DNA of 63,479 nt, taken from a virus (lineage: Duplodnaviria > Caudoviricetes). Of the stretch, positions 46,929 through 56,358 are shown piece after piece. The notes under the pieces are model-generated. The model ran no database searches. It was not told where the DNA came from and saw only the letters and a program-made list of their open reading frames with translations. Numbering within the stretch: position 1 is the first letter of the stretch; every line of letters begins with the position of its first letter. Location: the IMG/VR virus record IMGVR_UViG_3300020461_000006, positions 1 through 63,479 of that record. One strand, written 5' to 3'. A program made the translations under genes and the position numbers.

Positions 46929-49580
46929 ATGGACATGAGCCCCCAGATGGCAGCTGAAGAGTTGCTGCGTCGGAAGCATCTCCCACAAGAATGGAAATGG
47001 TGTCTTGTGCGCGGTAAGGACGCATTCGGACAAGGTACATCATCAGACCCTCTCGATACGGATACCACTCTCAAGAAGGTCAAGACCCGGCATCACCGCC
47101 AGACCGGCATTGGCTTGATTACCGGTGAGAAGAGCGGCGGGATTGTTGCTGTCGACATTGATGGTCTTGCTGATGGGCATCTTGGACCCTGCCGATCTGA
47201 ATGGCTGCTGAGGGAAAAACTGGGTGACGCTTACCCGGATTCCAACGACACGATGAGCTGGAGGGGGCGGCCTGGTAGGCGTCAGCTGCTGTACCAGATT
47301 CCTGAAAGTGTTCGACCTCTGGTGGAGAGCTTCACCAAGAAAGAAATGTTCCCTGAGTTGGAGGGGAGCACCGAGGAGGTGAAAGTTAGATACAGCGGGT
47401 GCTACTCGGTGATCCCTGGTTCCATTCACCCAGGAACCAAGAAGCCTTACGAATGGCTGAACTACAACGAGGGCCGAGTCGCAATCGCTCCGGGTTGGCT
47501 GATCGACTTCATGCTCTCTCACGTCGAGAAGCCGAAGGAGCACAACAGCTTTATTCCCCAGTCCTTTTATGAGAGGCAGGACGCCAGCACCGATTTCACA
47601 TATCGGCAGATGCGTCGTCACTTCTTTATGGAAGGCGGGCTTCTGGAGAAGCTTTTAGAGACCGAAGGGGCATTTGAAGCGATCTACAACGCTGAGGTCT
47701 GGGATTACCAGCCTCTTCAGGTTGAAAACTCTGAGAAACGAACCCTTGTTGGAGGCTGTCCTTTCCACGACAGCAGCAGCGGAACCAGCTTCACCATCTG
47801 GTCCGACAAGTTGAATTGGTACTGCCATAAAGAGGAAGTCGGTGGGGATGCGCTCCGACTTCTCCATGCCTTGCGTGAAGGAGACATCAATGCAGGTGAT
47901 CCAAAACCTGTAGATCTTCAGAACTATCTCCAACAAATCGCTGAGGTCGTCGGCGTTCGTTATCCAGAGGATTTCAAAGAAGTCCAGAAAACGCAGGAGG
48001 TCAAGAAGTACGACCCGATCGAGGGGCCTTCTCTTCTGCAGGTTGCGCGGGAGATCTTTGAGAAGTTCCCGAACCCGGCAGAGCAAGACCTCGAACTGCT
48101 GCAGCTGGCAAATGATTACGGCGTAAGAAAGGACGCAGACCAGATCCGGTTGCTGCTCCAGGACGACGAGGACTTCAAGCGCTCTGGTGACACACTCGAC
48201 TTCCAGGCACGTCAGGCGCTGATCACCGGAACTGACTGGTTGATTCCTGATGTGCTGAAGCGTCCGTCCACCGTCCTGCTTCATGGTGATGGTGGCTGTG
48301 GAAAATCACTGGCCTGTCAGGTGCTGGCGAAGCACATCGGTCAGGGCCTGCCCTTCAAGGTCAGGGGCGCAGAGATGCCAGTTAAGTCAGGCCCCGTTCT
48401 CTGGTGCAACGCTGACCAGTCGCTCGAAACACTCGAAGAGCAGCTCGAAGCACAAGGAATCCATAACGCTCCCTGGTTCCATGTCTTTCATGACTTCCGC
48501 TTGCGTCACGTTCATCGGCTTGCTTCCAAGATCAAAAAGCTGCAGCCAGCGCTGGTCATCATCGATTCCTTGGCAGCGAGTCAGCCCACCGTCGATGGGA
48601 ACAAGCAGATCGTGTCGGCTCCTCTTTATTGGTTGGAGGCCAACAACGGTACGGCGTTCCCGAAATGCACCTTTGTGGTGATCCATCACAACAACAAGCA
48701 GGGCGGCTTCAGGGGTCACTCTTCAATCCGCGATGCGGTCTCGGAAACGTGGTCGATCTCAAAACCCACTGATGCAGAGATGGAGGCCAACGAGTGGGGT
48801 GAGGACACCTTCCGTCGTCGCAAGATCACCATTGGGAAGAGCCGTAGCAATAGGGAGGGTGACTCACTGATCACTTACCTCCACGAAGACTTCACGATGG
48901 ATCTGGAGGACTTCACGCCAACTCAACGGGCTCGTCCTGGCGGAAGCGTGTCCGTGTACGACCGCGTTCACGCCATCATCCGCGAATGCACTGAGGTTGG
49001 TAAAGCACTCCGCAGAGATGAACTGACCATCAGGGTCAATGCAGACGGTGGTCGCAAGGCCTCTGACTCAGCCATCCGTAAATCGTTGCAGAGGCTGGAA
49101 ACGAGAGAGCTGATTGCCTCTGTCGTTGCGGAGGATCAGAACCGCTCTGATGCCTCCCCTGCGAAGGCGTACATCGCCAAAACTGCTGACGGTGTTGTGT
49201 TGTTTGAATCGCTTCTTTCTCTCTCGCGGGGAGAGTGTCTTGATGATTTTTGTCCCACTGGAGAAGAACCCAGTGAGGGAGAGGCGTTTCCAGTGGGACA
49301 ACCCAGTGGGACAACCAGTGGGACAACCAGTGGGACAGCCCCAAAAACACCACAAAATGAGCAAAATGACTTAACCCCTGATGAACACAACCGGACAAGG
49401 TCAGATAGGTACACCAATCCCCAGTGGGACAACTTGAACCCTGTCCCACTGGAAAACTCAGTCACAGACAGCAATCTTCCCAGTGGGACAAGTACGGAGG
49501 ACAGTAGGGCAAACGGCCTTGAAGGGTTGGAGGTACGGCAACCACCCAGTTGGGATGAAATTTTAGGGTGTAACATTTAG
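46929..49580 (+). CDS. Primase-helicase (Prim-Pol + zinc finger + AAA_25/RecA-like helicase)
   Basis: GIGLITG..GIVAVDIDG, SVIPGSIHP, CPFHD..WYCH, Walker A HGDGGCGKS, VIIDSL, IHHNNK. Confidence 0.9.
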   Translation: MDMSPQMAAEELLRRKHLPQEWKWCLVRGKDAFGQGTSSDPLDTDTTLKKVKTRHHRQTGIGLITGEKSGGIVAVDIDGLADGHLGPCRSEWLLREKLGDAYPDSNDTMSWRGRPGRRQLLYQIPESVRPLVESFTKKEMFPELEGSTEEVKVRYSGCYSVIPGSIHPGTKKPYEWLNYNEGRVAIAPGWLIDFMLSHVEKPKEHNSFIPQSFYERQDASTDFTYRQMRRHFFMEGGLLEKLLETEGAFEAIYNAEVWDYQPLQVENSEKRTLVGGCPFHDSSSGTSFTIWSDKLNWYCHKEEVGGDALRLLHALREGDINAGDPKPVDLQNYLQQIAEVVGVRYPEDFKEVQKTQEVKKYDPIEGPSLLQVAREIFEKFPNPAEQDLELLQLANDYGVRKDADQIRLLLQDDEDFKRSGDTLDFQARQALITGTDWLIPDVLKRPSTVLLHGDGGCGKSLACQVLAKHIGQGLPFKVRGAEMPVKSGPVLWCNADQSLETLEEQLEAQGIHNAPWFHVFHDFRLRHVHRLASKIKKLQPALVIIDSLAASQPTVDGNKQIVSAPLYWLEANNGTAFPKCTFVVIHHNNKQGGFRGHSSIRDAVSETWSISKPTDAEMEANEWGEDTFRRRKITIGKSRSNREGDSLITYLHEDFTMDLEDFTPTQRARPGGSVSVYDRVHAIIRECTEVGKALRRDELTIRVNADGGRKASDSAIRKSLQRLETRELIASVVAEDQNRSDASPAKAYIAKTADGVVLFESLLSLSRGECLDDFCPTGEEPSEGEAFPVGQPSGTTSGTTSGTAPKTPQNEQNDLTPDEHNRTRSDRYTNPQWDNLNPVPLENSVTDSNLPSGTSTEDSRANGLEGLEVRQPPSWDEILGCNI
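49251..49490. repeat. Iteron-like repeats CCAGTGGGACA (putative replication origin)
   Basis: Six direct copies (49290, 49303, 49315, 49327, 49421, 49480) and two inverted copies (49251, 49442). Confidence 0.85.
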
Positions 49581-49625
49581 CAACTAACCCGGTGCTAAGG
49601 CGTACCGCAGCTTTTGGAGGTGCTC

Positions 49626-50075
49626 ATGACTAAGCGAACCGTCGTTCCCATGTCCGACGACTGTCATGCAGCTTTGAAGCAGTACGCAGCCTTCTACGGC
49701 ATGTCCATGTCGGAGGTGCTTTACAACTGCACCCGGATGCAGTTCCACACTCAGGCCCTGAACTGCCAGTTTGTCGACGACATGCTCGACAAGCTGGACA
49801 TTCCGCTTGATAAGCGTGCTGGCAAGGAGTGCTTCACCGCTTTGTGCTTCGGTTGCAAGCACCTGACAGCCTGTAAAACTGGCGTCTACAAAGGCGTTGT
49901 CGAGATGAACGACAAGCTCATGAAGAGAAATCCGCTCAAGCCAAGTGGCAAGCAGATCGTTGCTGACATGCAGATCCGTCATGGTCAGCGCCCTCAGTTC
50001 TTTAAAGAGGAATGGCAAAAACCTGACGATGCAGCCTCTGATCAGGACGTCCTGGCGGATGCCTTCACGATCTAG
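49626..50075 (+). CDS. RHH-like protein with Cys cluster
   Basis: RTVVPMSD..H.ALKQYAA..GMSMSEVL; C-x4-C-x2-C-x5-C. Confidence 0.6.
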   Translation: MTKRTVVPMSDDCHAALKQYAAFYGMSMSEVLYNCTRMQFHTQALNCQFVDDMLDKLDIPLDKRAGKECFTALCFGCKHLTACKTGVYKGVVEMNDKLMKRNPLKPSGKQIVADMQIRHGQRPQFFKEEWQKPDDAASDQDVLADAFTI

Positions 50076-50311
50076 AGAGGGTGGCAGCACGCCACCTTTA
50101 TTTTTGCAAACGAGTGTTACATAACTTATTTAAGTTTGAACCTTTAAGCAAAAACACTTCCAAACAAACTTAATCGACGAAAGCTTAAGGAATCCGGGAG
50201 TAAGCCGAATTGCTCATAACTTGCAGGCCTGCCTGGCCGAGAATCATTATCAACCCTATGGGGTTGACTCTTGATCCCGTCCGGATACCATTCACCTGTT
50301 GAAGACCACAG

Positions 50312-50575
50312 ATGAGGACCGAAGTCGATCAAGAGCGTTTCTTCGCAGAAACCTCGGAGCAGGACTCCTGCGTAATTGGAATTTCCGCCGGACTAGACGA
50401 CCTCTCCTCTATTCACGTCGTGAACCACCTGAGCGAGGCGGCGGTCTCGATCCCCATCAACGACCGGACCATCAATGAGCTTGAATCCTTCATTCACTTA
50501 TATCGAACGTGGGAGCGAGGTACCCAGCGCGGTGATCGAGCTTCACAAGCTCAAGATATGTGGTCTGGACATTGA
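50312..50575 (+). CDS. Hypothetical protein
   Basis: 87 aa ORF upstream of and overlapping polA. Confidence 0.4.
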   Translation: MRTEVDQERFFAETSEQDSCVIGISAGLDDLSSIHVVNHLSEAAVSIPINDRTINELESFIHLYRTWERGTQRGDRASQAQDMWSGH

Positions 50576-52292
50576 GACTTCGGGTCTTGATCCACAACAC
50601 GACCAGATTTTGCTCATCCAACTCGGGACAGCTGATCACGTCTTCGTCTTCGACTTCAAAGCAATTGGTGATTCCGCGCAGCATTTAGGACGAATCATCA
50701 GCAGCACTTACATCTTGAAGCTGGGTCAGAACCTCAGTTTTGAGTGGAGCTTTTTAGAGGCGAACGGACTACCGCTGAGAGGCACCCTGCTCGACACGAT
50801 GATCGCAGGGAAGCTTCTAAACCTCGGGTTGAAAGTCAGAAATGGTCTTGGTGATCTTGTCGCCCGCCACCTCGGTCAAGAGATGGAGGAGAAGAAGGAA
50901 CTACAGCTCTCGTTTGTAGGGCACGAAGGTCCGTTCTCAGAAGAGCAGCTGCTCTACGCGGCGCGAGACGTCTCTGTTTGCTTTCCGCTGTGGGATGTGC
51001 TCCGTAAAAAGCTACAGAAACAAGAGCTGCTTTACATCTTCAAGCTGGAGTGTCGTGCATTACCGGCCTTCGCTTCGATGAAGCACAACGGGTTCCTGCT
51101 CGACATTCCCTATTACAGGGAGCTTTTGGCAGAGAAGTCCGCTGAACGGGATGCTGCGAAAGCGGCTCTCCTAGAGACCTTCAAGAAATCTGGGGTTCTG
51201 AGCCAGTACACGAACCCCGAAACCAATGAGATCCTCATACACCCCAGTTTCTACGGGAAGGGCGAGAACAAAGTCAAAGGCTTCAACGTCAACAGTGTCC
51301 AACAACTCAGGCCAGTACTGCAGAATCTGGGTGTAGCCGTTGAAAAAAGCCTAAATAAAACAGCACTTGCCTGGCTGGCTCCTGATCACCAAATCGTCCG
51401 TGACTACTTGCACTTCAAGTCATTGGACACCGCGTGTGCCCAGGTCGAGAACTTGATCACACATGCACAAGAGCACTCTGATAAACGGATACGGGCCAAC
51501 TACCGCCAGCTTGGTACCGACACCGGGAGAGTTAGTTGCGCTAAACCAAATTTGCAGAACGTCAAACGTGACAAGGAGTACAGGCGTGGCTTCATCGCAC
51601 GACCGGGTTATGTACTTGTGATCGCTGACTACTCTCAGCTTGAGCTGCGGATTGCTGCTGAATGCAGTGGTGAAGAGCGGATGAGGCAGGCGTACCGAGA
51701 CAACATTGACTTCCACACCCGGACCGCCGCTTTGATGAACGGCATTGAGGAAGATGAAGTCACGACCGAACAACGCAGAAGCGCGAAGACTTACAACTTC
51801 GGGGCGTTATTTGGAAGTGGTGCAAAATCTATGAGAACGCAAGCCGCTAGTGCTGGTCTGTACCTGACACCCGACGAAGCCCAGGAAAAGCTTGATCAAT
51901 GGAAAGGTGCTTTTCCTCAACTGATCGGTTGGCAACGCGATCAAGGAAATAGCTCTGGTCCCGTCTACACCTTGATGGGCCGACGACGCCTACTAACTCC
52001 TTTCTCTGACAAGTACACCACTCGCTTGAACACACAGGTTCAGGGCACTGGTGGCGACTGCATGAAAGCGGCGCTGGCTTTGTTGTGGGAGAAATACCTT
52101 TCTGTCAACCCCGAATGGCGACTTGTTGCAAATGTTCACGATGAGGCCGTCCTCGAAGTCCCTGAGGAGGAAAAGGACGAAGCCCAGGTTGTTCTCAAAG
52201 AGTGCATGGAGTCTGCGGCGTATGAGGTGATGCTCGTCGAAGTTCCGATCGTGGCTGAGGCTGGCTGCGGAACTGATTGGTCTGCTAAATGA
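50475..52292 (+). CDS. polA: DNA polymerase family A (3'-5' exonuclease + polymerase)
   Basis: LDIETSG, YAARD, TGRVSC..PNLQN, ADYSQLELR, RRSAKTYNFG, NVHDE. Confidence 0.95.
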   Translation: MSLNPSFTYIERGSEVPSAVIELHKLKICGLDIETSGLDPQHDQILLIQLGTADHVFVFDFKAIGDSAQHLGRIISSTYILKLGQNLSFEWSFLEANGLPLRGTLLDTMIAGKLLNLGLKVRNGLGDLVARHLGQEMEEKKELQLSFVGHEGPFSEEQLLYAARDVSVCFPLWDVLRKKLQKQELLYIFKLECRALPAFASMKHNGFLLDIPYYRELLAEKSAERDAAKAALLETFKKSGVLSQYTNPETNEILIHPSFYGKGENKVKGFNVNSVQQLRPVLQNLGVAVEKSLNKTALAWLAPDHQIVRDYLHFKSLDTACAQVENLITHAQEHSDKRIRANYRQLGTDTGRVSCAKPNLQNVKRDKEYRRGFIARPGYVLVIADYSQLELRIAAECSGEERMRQAYRDNIDFHTRTAALMNGIEEDEVTTEQRRSAKTYNFGALFGSGAKSMRTQAASAGLYLTPDEAQEKLDQWKGAFPQLIGWQRDQGNSSGPVYTLMGRRRLLTPFSDKYTTRLNTQVQGTGGDCMKAALALLWEKYLSVNPEWRLVANVHDEAVLEVPEEEKDEAQVVLKECMESAAYEVMLVEVPIVAEAGCGTDWSAK

Positions 52293-52322
52293 CGGTATCT
52301 TTGACTGGACTGGGTTATAACA

Positions 52323-52493
52323 GTGTCCAGGGAAGATTACGAACAGCAGCTGAAAGTGATTGTGGATCAGCTTCCTATGGGGTTGCTCCACCGTCTGGTT
52401 AAGGACGCTCAGTACTTCCTGGACTGGTATCACTCCAAAAAAGAATCGCGCAGGAAATGGCGCGGCAAAAAACCCTTCACACGTTTTGACTGA
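52323..52493 (+). CDS. 56-aa hypothetical protein (VSREDYEQQL...)
   Basis: TGATG-coupled to dcd; below ORF-track cutoff. Confidence 0.45.
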   Translation: MSREDYEQQLKVIVDQLPMGLLHRLVKDAQYFLDWYHSKKESRRKWRGKKPFTRFD

Positions 52494-53014
52494 TGATTGA
52501 CATTCGGATTGAAGAGTTGGCGATCAAAGGAATGATCGAGCCTTATTATCCACAGTGTATTCAACCATGTAGTTACGACGTACATTTGGGTTCGACGCTG
52601 AAGGTTGAAACCGAGGTTGGGTGGAACGAACTTGACATATCTGAATACTCAGAAGACAAACCTCTAATGATGCCGCCTGGCTGTTTTCTTCTCGCCGAGA
52701 CTATTGAATATCTAAGAATTCCTCAAAATGTAGAGGCCCATTTGCACCTCGTTAGTTCTCGCGCACGCGAGGGACTGAATCACCTGCTGGCTGGCCTGGT
52801 TGATTGCGGGTATGAGGGGCGACTTACCCTGGAGTTAAAAAATTCACTGCAATTTGGACATATTCCTATCTATCCAGGTCTGCGAATTGCCCAGCTAACT
52901 TTCTTCGAATACGCACAAGATGCCGCTATGCCATATAGAGGACGTTACTTTAGGGACAGTAAGGTAAGTATGGCAAAGAGTGGGCAGGATGTACTCGAAT
53001 TACAGAGGTCATAA
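52493..53014 (+). CDS. dcd: dCTP deaminase
   Basis: IQPCSYDVHLG, SSRAREGL, AGLVDCGYEGRLTLEL, RIAQLTF. Confidence 0.9.
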   Translation: MIDIRIEELAIKGMIEPYYPQCIQPCSYDVHLGSTLKVETEVGWNELDISEYSEDKPLMMPPGCFLLAETIEYLRIPQNVEAHLHLVSSRAREGLNHLLAGLVDCGYEGRLTLELKNSLQFGHIPIYPGLRIAQLTFFEYAQDAAMPYRGRYFRDSKVSMAKSGQDVLELQRS

Positions 53015-53088
53015 AATCTATGAGGTTGCTTACCCTGTCGGGGAGAACGCCGCTTATTTTGCTTTTATAAACGGCGATCGTCACTACT

Positions 53089-53286
53089 TCAAGTCTCGCC
53101 TTGCTGCTCAGAGTTATTTGGATCGGGTTCTTGGTGATCAGCAGCCTTGAGTTGAATTGAACCGTCAGGGTTCATATCCCAAGCAAGAACCGTTCCTTCT
53201 TCCCATTCCATCACTTTCATCAGATCTGCTGGAAAGCTTATTCCGCCCTCTTCATCGAGCGGAATTACCCAAGTTTTTTGAGTCAT
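53089..53286 (-). CDS. AbrB/MazE-like small DNA-binding protein
   Basis: ISFPADLMKVMEWEEGTVLAW...DGSIQLK. Confidence 0.7.
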   Translation of the reverse strand: MTQKTWVIPLDEEGGISFPADLMKVMEWEEGTVLAWDMNPDGSIQLKAADHQEPDPNNSEQQGET

Positions 53287-53666
53287 GGTTTATGGAATCG
53301 AGAAGTTTGAAGGATCTTCGAGAAGATTTAATTAAGTTGATCGAGCTTTCGCGCCGTCCCTATTTAAGCGATGGTGCGCGGGCTGTCATTGCGTTGCAAA
53401 TGACAGTTACTCAAGACATTTTAGATAGGTTGTCTCCTCGGTAATTAACGGCTAGCTTTTCGTCTTTCCATCTTTGGATAAGAATTTCGGCCTGCCAGCA
53501 GCAGCTGCTGTAAGTCACGACACCGTCTGGAAATTCGGCTTTGTAAAAAGCATGACCGGCATGGTCGAAAAGCGTTTCGATCATCTTGTTTTTGCATTTA
53601 TCTTAATACGGTTGGAGTGGCAACCTAACCGATCTTGGTTATCTTGAGTGAGCTGCGAAGAGACCG

Positions 53667-56024
53667 TTGATCGCCCTACGACCATTGAAAAGATCTGAAT
53701 TTGCTGAATCTGCACCGGCTGCGAACCCGGTGTTTTACCGGACATACAGCCGTAAAAAAGAAGATGGAACCCGCGAAAGCTTCATTGAAGTCTGTGATCG
53801 AGTCATAAAAGGACTGAGCAAACTAGGCCGATTCGACACTGAGGAAGAGCGGCTTGTAGAGCATTTACTGCTGCAAAAGAAGATGCTTCCTTCAGGACGC
53901 TGGCTATGGGTTGGCGGAACTGAGTGGATTGAAGAACCTAAGAATTTTTCCGGTGCTTACAACTGCACATCCACTGAGCTAGTGGATTGGGAAGCCTTTG
54001 GTTTGATGATGGACCTGGCAATGATGGGCTCTGGCACAGGCGCGATCATCGAGGAACGAATGATCAAGCGCTTGCCTGAGATCCGCAACAGGCTGAAGGT
54101 CGATGAAGTGGTCGGAGTCGGTGGTGTTTCTGACGAGAACCGTCACGAAAACACTTATGTGGATTACTTAGGCAACAATCTGAAAATTACGGTCGGAGAC
54201 TCACGGCGTGGCTGGGTCGATGCGTACACCGCCATTCTCGAAGCCAGTTCAGAAATGGTGTTTGACTGTCAGCGTCCTGTCCACATCAGGGTAGATCTTT
54301 CTCACGTTCGTCCTACTGGTCAGAAACTGAAAGGCTTTGGTGGAACTTCGAATCCCATCAAGCTTGAGAACCTTTTCTATCGAATCGCTGACATCATCAA
54401 TGGAGCATTTGGGCGTCAGCTGACGTCTGTTGAGTGCTGCCTGCTTTTGGATGAAGCGGCCACGGTGGTTGTCGCTGGCAACATCCGTCGCAGTGCGGGC
54501 ATGCGTCAGTTCAACAGCAATGACATCGCTGCGGCATCTGCCAAGGACAACCTTTGGCAACAAGACGCTAATGGCACCTGGCGTATAGACCCACAGCGAG
54601 ACGCGTTGCGGATGGCGAATCACACCCGCGTTTATCACTCCAAACCATCTCGGGATGAGGTGTTGGCTGCTGTGACCAAGCAGTTTTACAGCGGTGAAGG
54701 CGCAATTCAATTTGCTCCTGAAGCCATCGCCCGATCCAACGTCGACCTCCTCGACACCGATGAAAAGCGCAAGCAATTCATCAACCTCTATTGCGAGGAA
54801 GGACGCGAGGTCGCTGCGGCTTATTTGACCGTGTTGGACCCCGGCACTCGTCCCATGGACGACAAAGAGCTTCGTCACCGCATGAACCGCTATGGACTAA
54901 ATCCTTGCGGGGAGATCTTGGGCACCGACTTCCACTGCAATCTGAGCGAGATTCACCTCAATCAGCTGGATCCCAACAACTGGCAAGAGCAGGAGGATGC
55001 CTTCCGTGCAGGCGCACTTACTGCCGGCGCTCTCCTGCATCATGAATTCAATGTTCCCCGTTATCGGGAGAGCCGGGATCTAGATCCGATTGTGGGCGTC
55101 AGCTTCACCGGTCTGTTCGACTTTTTTGTCCACGCTTTTGGTGCTGAATGGTTGCGTTGGTTTGTGGATGGCCGTCCTGACACAGCTGCAGGTAAGGCGT
55201 TCAAGAAGACAGAAGCCTCCTATTTGATGCGTTGGCGGAAGGTTGTTGAAACCACGCTTAAGGAATACTGCGAGAAGCACAAGCTCCGTGTTCCCAACCG
55301 CAGCACCACTGTCCAGCCTGCTGGAACCAAGAGTCTTCTGACTGGCGCAAGCAGTGGGTGGCACCCTCCCAAGTCGCAACGCTTCATTCGTCGGGTGACT
55401 TTCCGGAAGAACGATCCTGTTGCGCTGGCTTGTATTGACTACGGGTATTCAGTTGTTCCCTCGCAGTCCGATAAGGATGAGGAAGGGAAGCTGCTCGACA
55501 ACCCCTTTGATCCACGTTGCACCGAATGGTTGGTCGAGATTCCTTATTCGACCAGCTGGGCTGACATCCCTGGTTGTGACGATGTGGACATCTCAGCGAT
55601 TACTGCTGCAGCGCAGTTCGACTTCTACATGCAAGTGCAGAAGTTCTATACGACACACAACACGTCAGCCACGATCGAGTACCGCGAAAACGAAATCGAA
55701 CCACTTTCTGACCTGATCTTTAAGTCGATCGAGTCTGATGGTGGTTACATCTCAGCAGCGCTGCTTGCTCGTTTCGATGCTGGTGCCACCTTCCCCCGGC
55801 TCCCGTTCGAGCCGATCTCGAAGGAGGAGTACCTGGAGCTGCAGGCTGAAATGGGTGTTCGTCGGCGCAATGGTGACTTCCTCGCATCGCTAACCAACCA
55901 CGACGATGGGGAGCTGATCGAAGCTGGTCCTGCTCCATGTGATTCGGACAAGTGTTTGATTGAAGGCGCAGACGGTATCGCTAAACCGTTCTCAGAGGAA
56001 TCTATGTTCGCTCCGATTACTTAA
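53667..56024 (+). CDS. nrdJ: Class II (adenosylcobalamin) ribonucleotide reductase
   Basis: ANPVFYRTYSR, PSGRWLWVGG, AYNC, GNIRRSA, NPCGE, TTVQPAGT; monomeric cyanobacterial type. Confidence 0.95.
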   Translation: MIALRPLKRSEFAESAPAANPVFYRTYSRKKEDGTRESFIEVCDRVIKGLSKLGRFDTEEERLVEHLLLQKKMLPSGRWLWVGGTEWIEEPKNFSGAYNCTSTELVDWEAFGLMMDLAMMGSGTGAIIEERMIKRLPEIRNRLKVDEVVGVGGVSDENRHENTYVDYLGNNLKITVGDSRRGWVDAYTAILEASSEMVFDCQRPVHIRVDLSHVRPTGQKLKGFGGTSNPIKLENLFYRIADIINGAFGRQLTSVECCLLLDEAATVVVAGNIRRSAGMRQFNSNDIAAASAKDNLWQQDANGTWRIDPQRDALRMANHTRVYHSKPSRDEVLAAVTKQFYSGEGAIQFAPEAIARSNVDLLDTDEKRKQFINLYCEEGREVAAAYLTVLDPGTRPMDDKELRHRMNRYGLNPCGEILGTDFHCNLSEIHLNQLDPNNWQEQEDAFRAGALTAGALLHHEFNVPRYRESRDLDPIVGVSFTGLFDFFVHAFGAEWLRWFVDGRPDTAAGKAFKKTEASYLMRWRKVVETTLKEYCEKHKLRVPNRSTTVQPAGTKSLLTGASSGWHPPKSQRFIRRVTFRKNDPVALACIDYGYSVVPSQSDKDEEGKLLDNPFDPRCTEWLVEIPYSTSWADIPGCDDVDISAITAAAQFDFYMQVQKFYTTHNTSATIEYRENEIEPLSDLIFKSIESDGGYISAALLARFDAGATFPRLPFEPISKEEYLELQAEMGVRRRNGDFLASLTNHDDGELIEAGPAPCDSDKCLIEGADGIAKPFSEESMFAPIT

Positions 56025-56209
56025 TGGAGCTTAAAGAAGCTCTTGTGGTGATCTTCAAAGGGCAATCCAATGTCGCTGTTATGGCGGCCAAGTTGGATAT
56101 GCCCATTGAATCACTTCAAGAAAAATTTCGCGAATATGTAAGCAGAACGCCAATTGATCCTGATGTCTGGAAGGGAGATGTCGAGATCTCTTGGCCTTTC
56201 ATTACTTAA
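56024..56209 (+). CDS. Hypothetical protein
   Basis: TAATG-coupled to nrdJ. Confidence 0.55.
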   Translation: MELKEALVVIFKGQSNVAVMAAKLDMPIESLQEKFREYVSRTPIDPDVWKGDVEISWPFIT

Positions 56210-56211
56210 TC

Positions 56212-56358
56212 ATGGATCAAACAACTTACGAGAATTGGCTTCGAGTGAAGCAGCATATGGAGGAGTCCGGTAATACGGCCAACTTCTTCTATATGAGGGC
56301 TTGCGAAGTCGTCAAAACCAGACAAGACCCAGGCCCTATGCCGCCAACTTCTGCCTAA
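56212..56358 (+). CDS. 48-aa cyanophage-type small protein (MDQTTYENWLRVK...)
   Basis: NW..VK...E.SGNT..FFY.RAC pattern; below ORF-track cutoff. Confidence 0.55.
   Translation: MDQTTYENWLRVKQHMEESGNTANFFYMRACEVVKTRQDPGPMPPTSA

Noticed and set aside
49251-49490. CRISPR array
   Set aside because: Repeats are 11 bp, abutting or irregularly spaced, in both orientations, inside a CDS; no cas genes
47043-55951. Minus-strand ORFs inside primase, polA and nrdJ
   Set aside because: Antisense shadows of well-supported genes
53667-56024. Intein or intron in RNR, polymerase or terminase
   Set aside because: Lengths are normal, frames are uninterrupted, and no intein terminal motifs were seen
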